Shown here piece after piece: positions 47,609 to 59,753 of a stretch of DNA of 64,000 bases. The translations under genes and the position numbers were made by a program. The stretch's first letter is position 1. Each line of letters opens with the position of its first letter. The notes beneath the pieces are model-generated. The model was not told the origin of the DNA, ran no database searches, and saw only the letters and a program-made list of their open reading frames with translations. The DNA comes from Pecten maximus (lineage: Eukaryota). Location of the stretch: contig NC_047020.1 of assembly GCF_902652985.1 (NCBI RefSeq), positions 47,182,001 to 47,246,000 on the forward strand, read 5' to 3'.

Positions 47609-48556
47609 TCAGTGAGGCGAGTGTCGTTTACAATCTAAGAACCTCGTTAAGCACCTTGCTCTGATTGGCTGAAAAACACACTGCCAATCTATCGCGCTCG
47701 TTTATTGGTCAATAACAATAGAAAACGAAAGTAGCTTTCAATATAGTTCGGATACACGTACATGTAGATTTACTTTTCCACCTCATCCACAACTTCACTG
47801 ATAGATTTTATGTTTAACGTTAATCACACAAATTACTAATCTTCCATCGAAAGAAAACACAGCAAACTTTACGAGCCTGAAACGAAATGTTTTTGTTGTG
47901 ATCAGACATCGTACACCCGTATATCGTCGCTTTGTTTTTTAAGACCGCGATCTTTTATTGTTCATACATTTTGTATATTTATTTTGAGATCCCTCCCTAC
48001 TTAGGTTGTGGTTTCAACAAGTTTTATTGTGACAACAAAAGGATTAGACAACAGGCAGTGTCTTTATATCAATATACATTTACACAATAAAATAGAATAA
48101 TTTGTTCTAAAGCGAAAAAAAAACCAACATTTGACACTTTTGACTGCCTTTTCAGAAAACATTCAACAGTTTCAAATGGCAACACAATTATTCAGTAATT
48201 TATATTGTTACATATGATCATTGTAAATTTGTGAAATTTTATTGTTAATACAAGTAATGATAAAATGATTATTAAATAGTCTTTGATTTAAGATAATCAA
48301 TTCAAAATAAATATGTAAATGCAATTAATATATACATGTTTTTGTAATTTAATGCATTTATTTTTTTAAATCAATACGTTTTAAATATAGGTCCTGGAGG
48401 CTATCCCTACCCCTAGGGACTTATAGCTTCTAAAAAAAACATTGGCATCCCCACCCTATAACCATTTATAGTATTGCTGCATGGGCATCAAGAAATAAAC
48501 ACAATCCTGTTGTAAATATAGGCATTGGGGTATTTCCCCATCCCTAGGGACTATTA

Positions 48557-48690
48557 TTCGATTTATGGATATCCATAATTCGATTTAAGGATATCCATAA
48601 TTCGATTTATGGATATCTATTATTCGATTTATGGATATCCATAATTCGATTTATGGATATCCATCAATCGAATTATAAATATCCAAAATA
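48557..48690. repeat. 21-bp palindromic-core tandem array
   Basis: (TTCGATTTATGGATATCCATAA) about 6 times. Confidence 0.85.
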
Positions 48691-49244
48691 AACTCATTGT
48701 CAAGATAATTAATTTTTTCCAAACAATAAGTTTAGGCTGTAGGCTGATGGTGTTACAACTTATCAAACATTTCACGTCTAATATTCATGTAGTTTGGACA
48801 ATGGGAAAAGTAATGAAAAGAGATTTCACATTGGTTACAACATGCACATGAAGGTGATTCTACTCAATTCGGCGGATCTGGAGGGGATCGAATGGACCTG
48901 AGCGGGATTTTAGCTGTATTATAGCTAAGCTTTTGTTTCATTTTAGTGTATGGGACTTTGGACTTAACTGCAATCAATGTAAGATTTACGTACCAGATAA
49001 CCAAATAAAATTTTTAAAAAGTGAGTATTTAACCGATTAATAGAATAAATTCTTATTATCAATTTCCTTGCATTAAACACTGAAATATTGCACAAACTTC
49101 CCCGTCTCGTTCAGGTCCACCATGTTTGTCGATTCAATGATTACCAACCCATTAAGCTTGAAAACGCATCATTAAAAAAATTCACATAGAAATGGTAATA
49201 TTATATACAAAAGCCTATTTGTGTCGATTAAATGAAATATACAT

Positions 49245-49395
49245 GTTATAACGCGGGGGAAAAGCACGTTTTTCCGGAAATAAAGCCGCTTGTTTGCGTT
49301 ATAACGTGAAAAAAGACCTAATAACGCGAAAAAAAATCACGAAATAACGCGAAAAAACCCTGATAACGCGAAAATAATTACGAAATAACGCAAAT
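49245..49395. repeat. Short degenerate ATAACGCGAAAA repeats
   Basis: About 7 copies of ATAACG(C/T)G at ~20-bp spacing. Confidence 0.6.
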
Positions 49396-50504
49396 CAAAA
49401 CACTAATAAGGAAAAGAAATTTCTTCATTAACATTATCTAAAACGCTTGTCGTTTGTTTGATACAATTTCCATTGACACCTAGAATATTTAAAACGATCT
49501 GGGTATCGTTTCAAAGCTTCGTAATTAACGAATTTTGCGTAAGTCATATTTACGAATTACTATGAATTACTATGCATTTCACACAAAAATCGTAACTTAC
49601 GAACGTTCGCAAGCAGCTCTTGCTTCCCTCGCTAAGCTCAAAAGTTCCAACACACTCCATCGAAGGCTTTTTCAAAGTCAACAAATATACAATATAACTT
49701 GATTTCCATCATTTGGGTCATATTAATCAAGCTTGACGACAAATATGATCAATTGTCGAATAATTTAAACGAAATCCGGACCGGTTTTCACATATCAAGC
49801 TGACATCCTCTGAATATTTCTGTAGCATTTGATTTAGTATAGATGTACTTTTGAACAACTTTCCCATACAACTGACGATTTTAATCCGCCTGTAATTTCA
49901 TGTTTGATATATCCATTCATATCATTGTCATTAGATTTGTTAACAGAGGAAATACGATGTATTTAATTGAATAAGTTGTACAATTTATGCCCAATCCCGT
50001 TGCTTAAAGGCAATACAATATGTTTAAATCAAATTAAATTTAAGTGTCATTCATTTTAAATACATTGAAGTACATTGTACACCAATCACATACATATAAT
50101 ACAATAAAATGTCCTACATTACGAGACACTATAAACATTAAAATTTTAGCGTTCTTCCGTTACCTTTCAACATATAAGAGTCACCTGTGACATGGGGGCG
50201 TACATAGAAACCAAGATATGAAATCAACTGTACGGAGTTGCCATCCGCCTTCTTGTAAATTGATTTATTCGGGGGAAAATGAATAAGAAAAAAAAACAAA
50301 AACCCTTGGATTAGATAAGAAAGCATGACATGGTTAGAATTGTGGATTCTCAGCAAAACCTGTAAGGTGGCGCTGCTTTACAGTTTACAAAGAAAAGAAA
50401 ATTGACCTAAATGATATGTTCCTTCATTTTCATGTTGGACAATGTTAGTTATTTCATCAAACATCACACAAAATTCGATTTATGAGTTACAAATTGATGA
50501 AATC

Positions 50505-50655
50505 CATAATTTATGGATATCCATAATTCGAATAATGAATAAAATCGAATTATGGATATCCATAATTCGAATAATGGATATCCATAAATCGAATTATGGA
50601 TATCCATAAATCGAATTATGGATATCCATAATTCGATTTATGGATATCCATAATT
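50505..50655. repeat. 21-bp palindromic-core tandem array
   Basis: TTATGGATATCCATAA(A/T)TCGA about 6 times, with units in mixed orientation. Confidence 0.85.
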
Positions 50656-52765
50656 CAAGGTACATTGTACGTTTCTTTTTACTGGCTTCTTTTTGATTAA
50701 CTTCAATGGGTAGACACGTAACTTATAAATAACTACAAGGCACGAACTGTTCATGTTAAAAACTGTGGATGATTCAAACTATTGAAAATTAAAGATACAT
50801 ATGCATATAATTATATGTGTCACCAATTTTCGTAGTACAGTAAAGTTGACCACCGTTAGGGTCACCTTGCCAATCCACCGAGCAATTAGCAAATCAGTGT
50901 CATCCAACGTATTGGGCACAGGTAAGTTTTCATATATTAATAAATTTGCACCATGAATTATTAACTATATTTTCTTTATATTGCTAATAATAAGTTGATT
51001 GTACTCTCATATATGTAAATCATTTTTTGAATCGAGGCTTCTTCTTGCACCACCGTAATAGATGCATATAAGCAAATACGATAAAAATTCTTCATATGAC
51101 AGGATGAAAATTATAAACATTTAAATAGCCCGTGTGTGAGACATAAGACGATCAAACCAGTCCCTAAATTTTGCTTCCAGTTACTTACATGTTTCTTGTC
51201 TCCTCTTGCTGCAATAGAAGTTAGTAACAATACTTAGATAATCTGTATACAGCGAGGACGACTCAATCACGGGTTTAAGGCTTCTAGGATATACGTGTAT
51301 TTGGTAGACTAGAAAAACCGCCGAAAACAACTTTAATGTTGAATTCGATGGGTTATCTATAGGTTGAATTGAAATAACACCTTATACCTATTTATTGATT
51401 TACATAAATTGATTTATGAATATTTACTTTTATAATTATGGATATATCGATATTGATATATCGGAATCTACCCTTTGCAGTTTAAATAAGAACAACTTAT
51501 TTCTTCTACATCGTGCTTAATACCGAATGAATAATTAAATTGAAAGTAAGCATAAGTCCATATCAATCGATTAGTTGCTCGTTTAAATAAAAATGATAAT
51601 TTGTTTCAAGTGATAAGGATTTTAATCATATAAAGCATATGTTGTATCTCAAGTTATCATACCCCGACGCAGGTCATTACTCCTAATGCCTGTGATAATA
51701 TTCCAATGTGTGATTAACGACATTTTATTAAAAAATAGAAACAAAACAAAAACAAGAGAGAGAGAAAAGAACAACATACTGAAATAATTTGTTATAACAT
51801 ATATCATTTGATAGGCATTTTTATAAATATATATAGTCAGACCTTTATTAATTCAAATTATAAGAAATAAGTCCACCGAAAAAGTTATTGAAAGCTGGAA
51901 TCACTGTTTTAATGGGGATGGTCTCATAAAATATTCTAGTTCAATTTAGACATTATTTAATTAATTAATTTTTTTTTCGTTTTATTGCAAGTATTTTGTA
52001 ATATAACTGAAAGAATATGACGAATCGTTTCATTAAATGTTGAAGTCTTCTATAAAAAAAAAGAAATTATGATAAATTTTGCGAATGTCAAATATATATA
52101 TACATGAATTTTATCAGAATTATTTAATATAGTCATAAGTACTTAGAGTTACCTCCCCTGAATTACAGAGATTACTGCACTTCCTGTACCTTATCGGAGC
52201 AAAACAATGTCAAAAGTCACAAAAAGAACATAAACATCTGTTAAAAATCAAGTTTGACTGTTTCATGATCAACATAGTCACTACACTTTGGTCTATAAGT
52301 TGCAGTCGGCGAAGGAAATACTAATCAGACATGTCAGGGACGTATAATAAGAGGGATTCGTAACTCCGCCAATTTGACACCGACGTAGCGAGAGCTTTTG
52401 TATTTGTTCACTGAGCCGTGAAGTTAGCGAGAGCCACTACCCATCGGTGTAGCCATCGATTGCGCTTGCGCAATAGCCTTGATTACAACGCGCGGTTACT
52501 TCCGCTGTCATGTCAACATTCGCCGATTATTGAAGTGTGTTGATAGCGTTTATCATTTCCTTTTCAGAATTAACAGGTTATGTATTAGTAGGTCTTCATT
52601 TGTTGGGAGGACCAATTTTTCGTTGCCACAATGTCTAGCTGTTTAGCGCTATCTATGTCAGGTAGATTTAACTCGCTATTCGTTATTTATGATTTTGTTC
52701 TGGTTCTGAAGCTGTGGTCACTTTGGGAGTGTACGATTCTGTTTCCCCATCATGAAATATGCACA

Positions 52766-54689
52766 ATGGCCAAGTCTGATTTCTTGTCTTGGGATGGGGA
52801 TCTAGATTTAGAGTATTTACTTGGCGATTTCACGGAATATAGCGAGTCTGAGGATTTTTCGGACGAATTTGATGAAGTTGAGACTAAACGTCCCCGTGCT
52901 TCCAAATCTTCTCAAATCCCAAACTAGCATGTTATGTGTGTCCTGAATGCAACAAGTCTTTAAAGACAATAGCTGGTTTTCGTGGCCATACATCCAAACA
53001 ACACGGCAAGACAAATTTAAAAGGTAGGAGTTAAAGTTGGTTTTCACAACATTTTTTTTTTGTTTCAGACCTTTGTATTATTACATTTGTAATTCCTCGA
53101 TATTTAAAAAAAGGAATCCTTTTACTTCATAAATTGTATATAGATTGCCAACAAGAGTATATTGTAAAAGTACAGCCACATGGATTGTTAAGAAAAGCTG
53201 ACCCTGACACAAATGTATTGCAAAGCATAAGACAGTTACTTATACATAGATCGACTCTAGTATATATGTACCTCACTGGAAACAATGTATATTGTAGAAC
53301 ATTATCTGTGTTAATAAATCCTTAAGCTGATTGGACTTCAGATATATAAACAAAATAAATAAAATAAAGGGCAATGTAAAACAATGCAGTAAATAATTAT
53401 CATGTTATTTTCAAACCATTTCCTCAACATCTTAATTTATGTTTACTAAATGTTCAAGTGATAGCAAAGAGTTCTTTATGTTTATCTTTAATGGAAGTGT
53501 TGTATATGTACAGCCATTTAATCTGAACACTATCTTCCACGAATACACTTGTCTTCATTCTTTTAGACTACACATTTCACTTCAGTTTTGAGGACAATCC
53601 TTATGTAAGAAATGATCTTTTCCAGCTTCTGAACATAGGAGTACTAGTATTAAAGATATCGGCTGGCAGAAATCCCCCTCGTCCAACACAAAATCAGGTG
53701 TCTTATCAGAGGAAGATTTCCTGACCATCTTTCCTAAAGCCTATCAGTCTACCTTAGACAACATATTATGTGACTTTGAAGATTCTGCTGAATTTAATTT
53801 GACAAATTTAGTTCATGTTGCAAGGACAGGTAGCACTATATTAAACTTTTATAAAGATTTCTTTGAGGATATATTTGTTACATCAAAGTGTAGTACAAGT
53901 ACTTCAAGTGACCGTGAGGAACTTTTCAACAAGCTTCATATCAAACGCATTGATCAGAATTTAAGCCACAAATGCCATGATCTTTTTCAAGATATAGACC
54001 CCTCCTTGGAAAAGTCATCCATTCAGCATTTTTCTCAGTTAGTTTTACTAGATCTCATTGGTGAAATCTGTGAAGAGCAGACACAGTTGGTTGTGAAGAA
54101 AACTGAACATAATGCAAAATCTCTAACAGACAATGACCAGACAGTGTTGTATTATATTTCCGGTTTTATCATAAGAGCTCTCAGAAAGCGTTACTCCAGG
54201 TGTAGAAACACTGAGAAGTCCCAGTGTTGTCATGCATTTGTTAGCACAAGTAGTTCAAAGGAAAAGACATTCTTGAAGAAGTTTCATAAAATGATCACAA
54301 TGAAAGATCGTGGGGGACTCCAGAAGCCATCAAGTGATTTCTTTTTATTGGTTCGCGAGTGTGAGGTTGTAACTCGTTCCCTGGAAGACACTGACAAACT
54401 GGGAGCTAACTCGTTATTGTTGAGTCCATTAAAAGAAAAAACAATTCAAAGCTTCATGGTTCAGCATTATGCTAAATCTGTTTTATCTGGAGTACCAGAA
54501 AATGTTTTTGACAGTGTACTGGAGGACATTATTAAAGTGTTTCTGACAGTAAGGGGACATGCAGTAGTTCGTGTGGAGAGAAACAAGCTCCGCATGAAAA
54601 CCAAAGTAGACAGTAGTAAGCGTAAGTCTTCCAAACAGTCTTCCAGTCTCCGTCAGACATTAAAGGACATTTCTACAGTGATAGAATGA
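52766..54689 (+). pseudogene. Two-exon gene: acidic N-terminus, C2H2 zinc finger and a domain resembling the P/THAP9 transposase C-terminus; one frameshift in exon 1
   Basis: Exon 1 52766-53023 (MAKSDFLSWDGDL... then, one frame over, YVCPECNKSLKTIAGFRGHTSKQH); GTAG donor; acceptor ttttccAG at 53625; exon 2 in phase with ORF 53799-54689 containing 'LYYISGFIIRALRK...C..F...KDRGGLQKPSSDFF'. Confidence 0.7.
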
Positions 54690-56256
54690 CTTTGTGTCAC
54701 ACAGGTAGAATCAATGGGATGAGTAGTTGTATACAATGGATTCCATATGTACAGGATAAAGATTTTTTTTTAACAAATCACATTTTTCTTTGACTTCCTT
54801 AGACTTTTCCATCCTAAACTTTCAATGAATCAAAGAGATAAAGAAATAAAGATAATAATGAAATTTTATTGGTAACTTCGACCATCAAAATACAAGCAAA
54901 CTTGTTATATTTTACATGTACATATTTACAAATTACAGTTATTGTTTATTCGATTCACTGTAACCGATTCATTTTCCTATATTTTGTTCATTACACATAC
55001 ACATTTCCATATGAAATATCTCTAAAAAGTATATATATCTAATAATCTATGCACATGTGTTTTGGCTATTAGAAATTGCCACTTTTTTGTGCGTGTTCAC
55101 AATGTCTAATATAATATCAAAATAAAGCAGTGGTTCAATTCACAACCTCAAGATTTCAAACAAGATGAACTGAAAAATGGTCATGTTCCCCCCCCCCCCC
55201 CCCCAAGATTAGTAGAAAGATATTCAATTAATGTATATATATGTGATATTTGAAAAATCAGGGACATGTATTTATGAGAACCAACTCTTCACCACTATTT
55301 ATTAAAATGTATATTTATCATTTGACTCTTATGTGCTTTATTTGAACATGTAATGACATTATTTAGATAGCTTGCCATCTTATCATCACCATGTGCATGA
55401 AAGATCAATAAAAAAACTCCATTATTTATGAGATTTGTGTTGATATCACTCTTTTACATACATAGAAAATCGAAGTGAATGTCCTTCCTACACTTTCTAT
55501 TATCGCACATCCAAATTTTTAAATGAAAAAGGCAAATAAAGCTGAATATGTTAACATTTAACAGCGATAAATTAAATATATACAAAGAAAAATTAGTGCA
55601 TGGTATTAAAGTTTTTCCTGTTGTTGCTCATATTTAAGAAAGTAACAAAATGCAGTGTGAACCAGTAATGCCACTACCCTGGTATCAAAACTATTTTAAA
55701 AAAGATTTCTAAAAAATTATCATAGTTAATGCAGAAGATGAATTTTGCATTTTAACATCTACCCACATACAAAAATCTTAATGCGTTGCTGTGTGATGAT
55801 AATATATATATATATACACACAGTGATCATTTTGAGAACAAGTGTAAAAATATTTAAAGTATGTATACTAGAACATTTAATTTTAAGTTCACACAAATGT
55901 TTTCTTTCACTATTAAATACTAATTCAATTTCTATATATTTTCATTTCATTAGCTGATATGAAATATGTATTATGCATGAGTTATAATTATGTACAGTAA
56001 ATAATTATAAGAGATATGAATTAAAGCTGTACACATGTGTTACAGTACTTTTTACACAACATAGCAGCAAATGAGGAAAATATATGCATTATACACTTGC
56101 ATTAACTTACTATTTACCAGTACATTGTATAGTATAGTATAGTATACATGCATGACAAAGCGCATAATATCAAACAAAAATAATTTGTATTCTCAAAGTC
56201 TTTATATTATAATCTCCCATGTTGTTTTGTACCTCATGATGATCATAAATCAATAC

Positions 56257-56825
56257 ACAAGAGATCCCAGAGGGATCTTAATATAAATGCACCCAACATT
56301 GAATGATCTTTACAGATACTGGTTCTATATATATGTCAAACTTATCAGTGATCTCTCTACTTTTCTCCTGTCATGATCACTTATATACTTGTAAAGTCTT
56401 GGCTGATAATTTCCCTCTACTATTTTTCAAGAAATGGTGATAACAAACTTTAATTCTCAAAATCTAAGATAGCTGCCTCATGGCCATTTCACCTATCTGA
56501 TTGAAAATTTAAAATAAACGAGTACAACTAGCTATATAAGGACCAAGGGAAAACTACACATAAAGTTTGAGGAATATCCCTTCTAGTACTTTTTGAGGAA
56601 CATTGAAAATAAACATAAATTCTCTAAATCAAAGATGGCCGTCTGTTGGCCATTTTGTTTTTCTGATCAAGAAATCTAAATTGAAACGACACAAGTAGGG
56701 ACCAAGAGGATCCAATACATGAAGTTAAGAAATATCCTTCTTGTGCTTTTTAAAGATACAGCTATCCTTCTTGTGCTTTTTAAAGATACAGCTATAAAAA
56801 TGATTATCTGATGATGGTGGACTAA
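56257..56825 (+). mobile_element. Third, degenerate copy of the HINE-like element
   Basis: Head ACAAGAGATCCCAGAGGGATCTT, about 2 decayed monomers (GGACCAAGGG...AGTTTGAG..ATATCCC), tail GATGATGGTGGACTA. Confidence 0.75.
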
Positions 56826-57152
56826 ATGTAAGAATAAAATCAAGCAATTATTTTATGTACATCTATATATATCATGCCAACAAGCCAGTGACTCGTAGAC
56901 TGTAGTTATCCAAGAAATTACCATGCCAGCTGGTATATTTCTGAAAATACACACCACTCCGTGACCCTTGCAACGGAAATTGAAGTTGAAAAACATTTAT
57001 TCCTTAAAAAAACCCTTTCTTGTTTTTTTTTACAAGTACTAAGTAGTGTCAAAGCAAGTCCAATACATGTACAGTACCATATAGATTCAGATATCAGTAC
57101 TAGTGCTATCATGATAAGTAACATCAGTTCAGCTTCGATTCAACCAAAGGCA

Positions 57153-59753
57153 TTAATGATTATAATGTGTACGTCTCCTTGGAAGAGGGGTATTGTCAAT
57201 CTGGATATTCTCATTATTGCGCTGAATATTTCCATGTCGAGGGGCCATTGCAAGTGCACCCACTGCACGCATGCTGGTCATAGAATTTCTCACCTCGTAG
57301 ACACTGGGATTATTATTGTTACCTGCTTGATGTCTTTAGTGACCAAAGAGTTGTTCCAGAGGGTCTTGATTAAAAGTATGTGTTAGTACAAACTTTGCAC
57401 CATTTCTGAGCATAAATCTGACACACTCAACAATTGATTGAACACTGATCTTCAGTCCATTTAATGTCTGATAGCTCAATTTCATTTCCTGCTTTTGAGC
57501 GCCAGTGAAATCTACTGGTCTTCTATTAACAGAATTTTCCCAGTCCTCAAAGTATTTCAGGAAATCATCTAACAACCACTTCAATCGCTCATCATGGACA
57601 TATTGGTAGGGATTCAGGTCAGAGTTTCTTGTATTTCTTCCTTCGAAGAGATGTCTCACATTCAAAACATCAAAAAATTTATTCATTATTCGAACAAAGT
57701 TGATGGTCTCGCTGACATTGTCCCCATACATCATTTCGAGTGCAGTTGCAACAGAGGAACTGAAGACTTGTGCTGCTAGACAAACCTTCATACATGAAAA
57801 TGATGTCAAATCAACATGTCCTCGTGTCAATTTTGGGCAAGGGTTATAAATGCCAAGTTCACAATGGTCCTCGTACAATTTTAGTATGTGAAGCCATGAA
57901 ATGTCCTTCCCATCTTTCCATAGTTTCCGTGTGTTTCTGTGAGAATACGAGTTTGCAAAGCAGTTTCGTGTTGTTTTCAAAAGATGTGGCACATCGGATA
58001 TAAAATAAATTTCCCTGTCAGGACAATGGGGATGGACAGTTTTGTAAACAAGCTCATGGTCATCATTTACTCGATGCATCTGGAAAAATTTCCTGTTTGG
58101 CGAAGCTCCATCACATGTGAAAAAAAGCACTTTCAAATTAATGTTTACTTCCAAAATAGCTACAGCCTTCCATAAAATTGAATTCAACAAGTCTGCTGTG
58201 ATACTTGTTGTGGCAAAGGCAGCCAAAGGAAATCTCAGATCCACAGCTATCCCTCTCACCATTAGTACCAACATGAACTTTGCAATGTCTGGGGTTTCAT
58301 TCTTTACCTGCTTTTCCAGATTCAAAAGTTCATTACCGACTTTGTCAATGTCACAATACCCTATCAGTTCCCCAGTATGCTTGTCATAAATTAAGTCCGA
58401 TCGCACTTTGATTTCATCAAATAATAGACCGACACAATTTCTGAATGGCTCCTCAGGATTCAGCATTCCCTTTTTCCTTGCTTCCTCCCTAAGCATCTGA
58501 TTGTCATCTTTTTGGAATCCAAGAGCACTTTTGGTATAATGAGAAAAATCAAAAAGTGTGCGAGCACTTGGAAGTGTGATAAAACCTGAATTTATCATCG
58601 CTTCATATGCAGCCGAAGATTTGTGTCTTAAATACAAACACCAACGGATCACCATAGGATGCCATCTCATACCCTTTAAAGACTTAGCATTTGTACATTT
58701 CAATTGTTCTTCCCAAAATAGTCTCTGAAAGCTGTATTCGTTTGGGAAAGCTCTCCGAACATCATCTTGACATGAAGCCATGAGCTCACACAGTTCCATG
58801 TTTTGTCCAACATCAACCTCCACGCCTTTACTTCTCAGCTCTTGTTTATAATGTCTCTGTTGTCTGACAATCTCACTTTGAAGTCCTTTAATCTTTCCTT
58901 GCTGCTGTTTGATTTTTTCGATAAGAGCTTTCCTGTCCATGTTGGAATGTCTATATTGTTTTTCGATATAATTTGGGGGTGGACTGCTTTCCAGTAGGCG
59001 TGACTTTTCCTCTTGACGTGTTTTTCGTCCCCACAACATATGTCTCACTTTTGAACATGGTTGACATCTTGCACCTTGCACTAACAACTTGCACATAGTA
59101 CTTCGAATTGTTGAAGAATATCTTGTATCTCCTTTAACAGCGCTGAAGTCACCTTCTCTATATGCTGAAGAACTTGTATCTCCGGTGTTGTTGTCAATTA
59201 GAGTTCCAACTTCAACCATACTCTGAAAGCACTCATCTGGACTCCTAAAACAAACAGTATAGCTCTTAAGTTTCTCTAAAATAGCACTTATCTTCAATGG
59301 TGTATCAAACAATGTTGGTAGACCAATCCAAAAGTCATCATCTTTACATATTTCGATTCTATGTACAAAAAGTTTAGCACTTAAATCAGTGTCAATTGTA
59401 ACCGTCAATTTCACTGTTGGTTGGCTGACTTTGTCTGCGGAAGGATATAGTTCCACTATTTGAATGTACTCTCAATAAGAGTTCACTTGATAAGGGAAAG
59501 TCACAGCACTTGAAAGATCAGACCTTAAGCTGTCATAAAATGACAAAGGACCCATGATAGTGTTATCATCTGTGCCGGTGATATCACTGCACTGGTCATT
59601 TTCCAATATACTGCACTGTGGTGCAAGGTCCTGGTGACATTCATCCTCCATTTCACTTGCTCCAAATACGTCTGTGGTACATGTGTTCTCACACCTGTCT
59701 TTCCTTCTGCGTCGGGGACGGCGACCAAGTGACTTTTTTCTGGAACAGCGCAT
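57153..59753 (-). pseudogene. P-element/THAP9-family transposase with two in-frame stops
   Basis: Motifs MRWHPMVIRWCL, ITLPSARTL, LLFDEIKV, TCDGASPNRKFF, SDVPHLLKTTRN, MKVCLAAQV, FNQDPLEQLFG. In-frame TGA at 59472-74 and TAA at 57336-38; the frame continues RHQAGNNNNPSV...HGNI to a stop at 57153. Confidence 0.92.
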
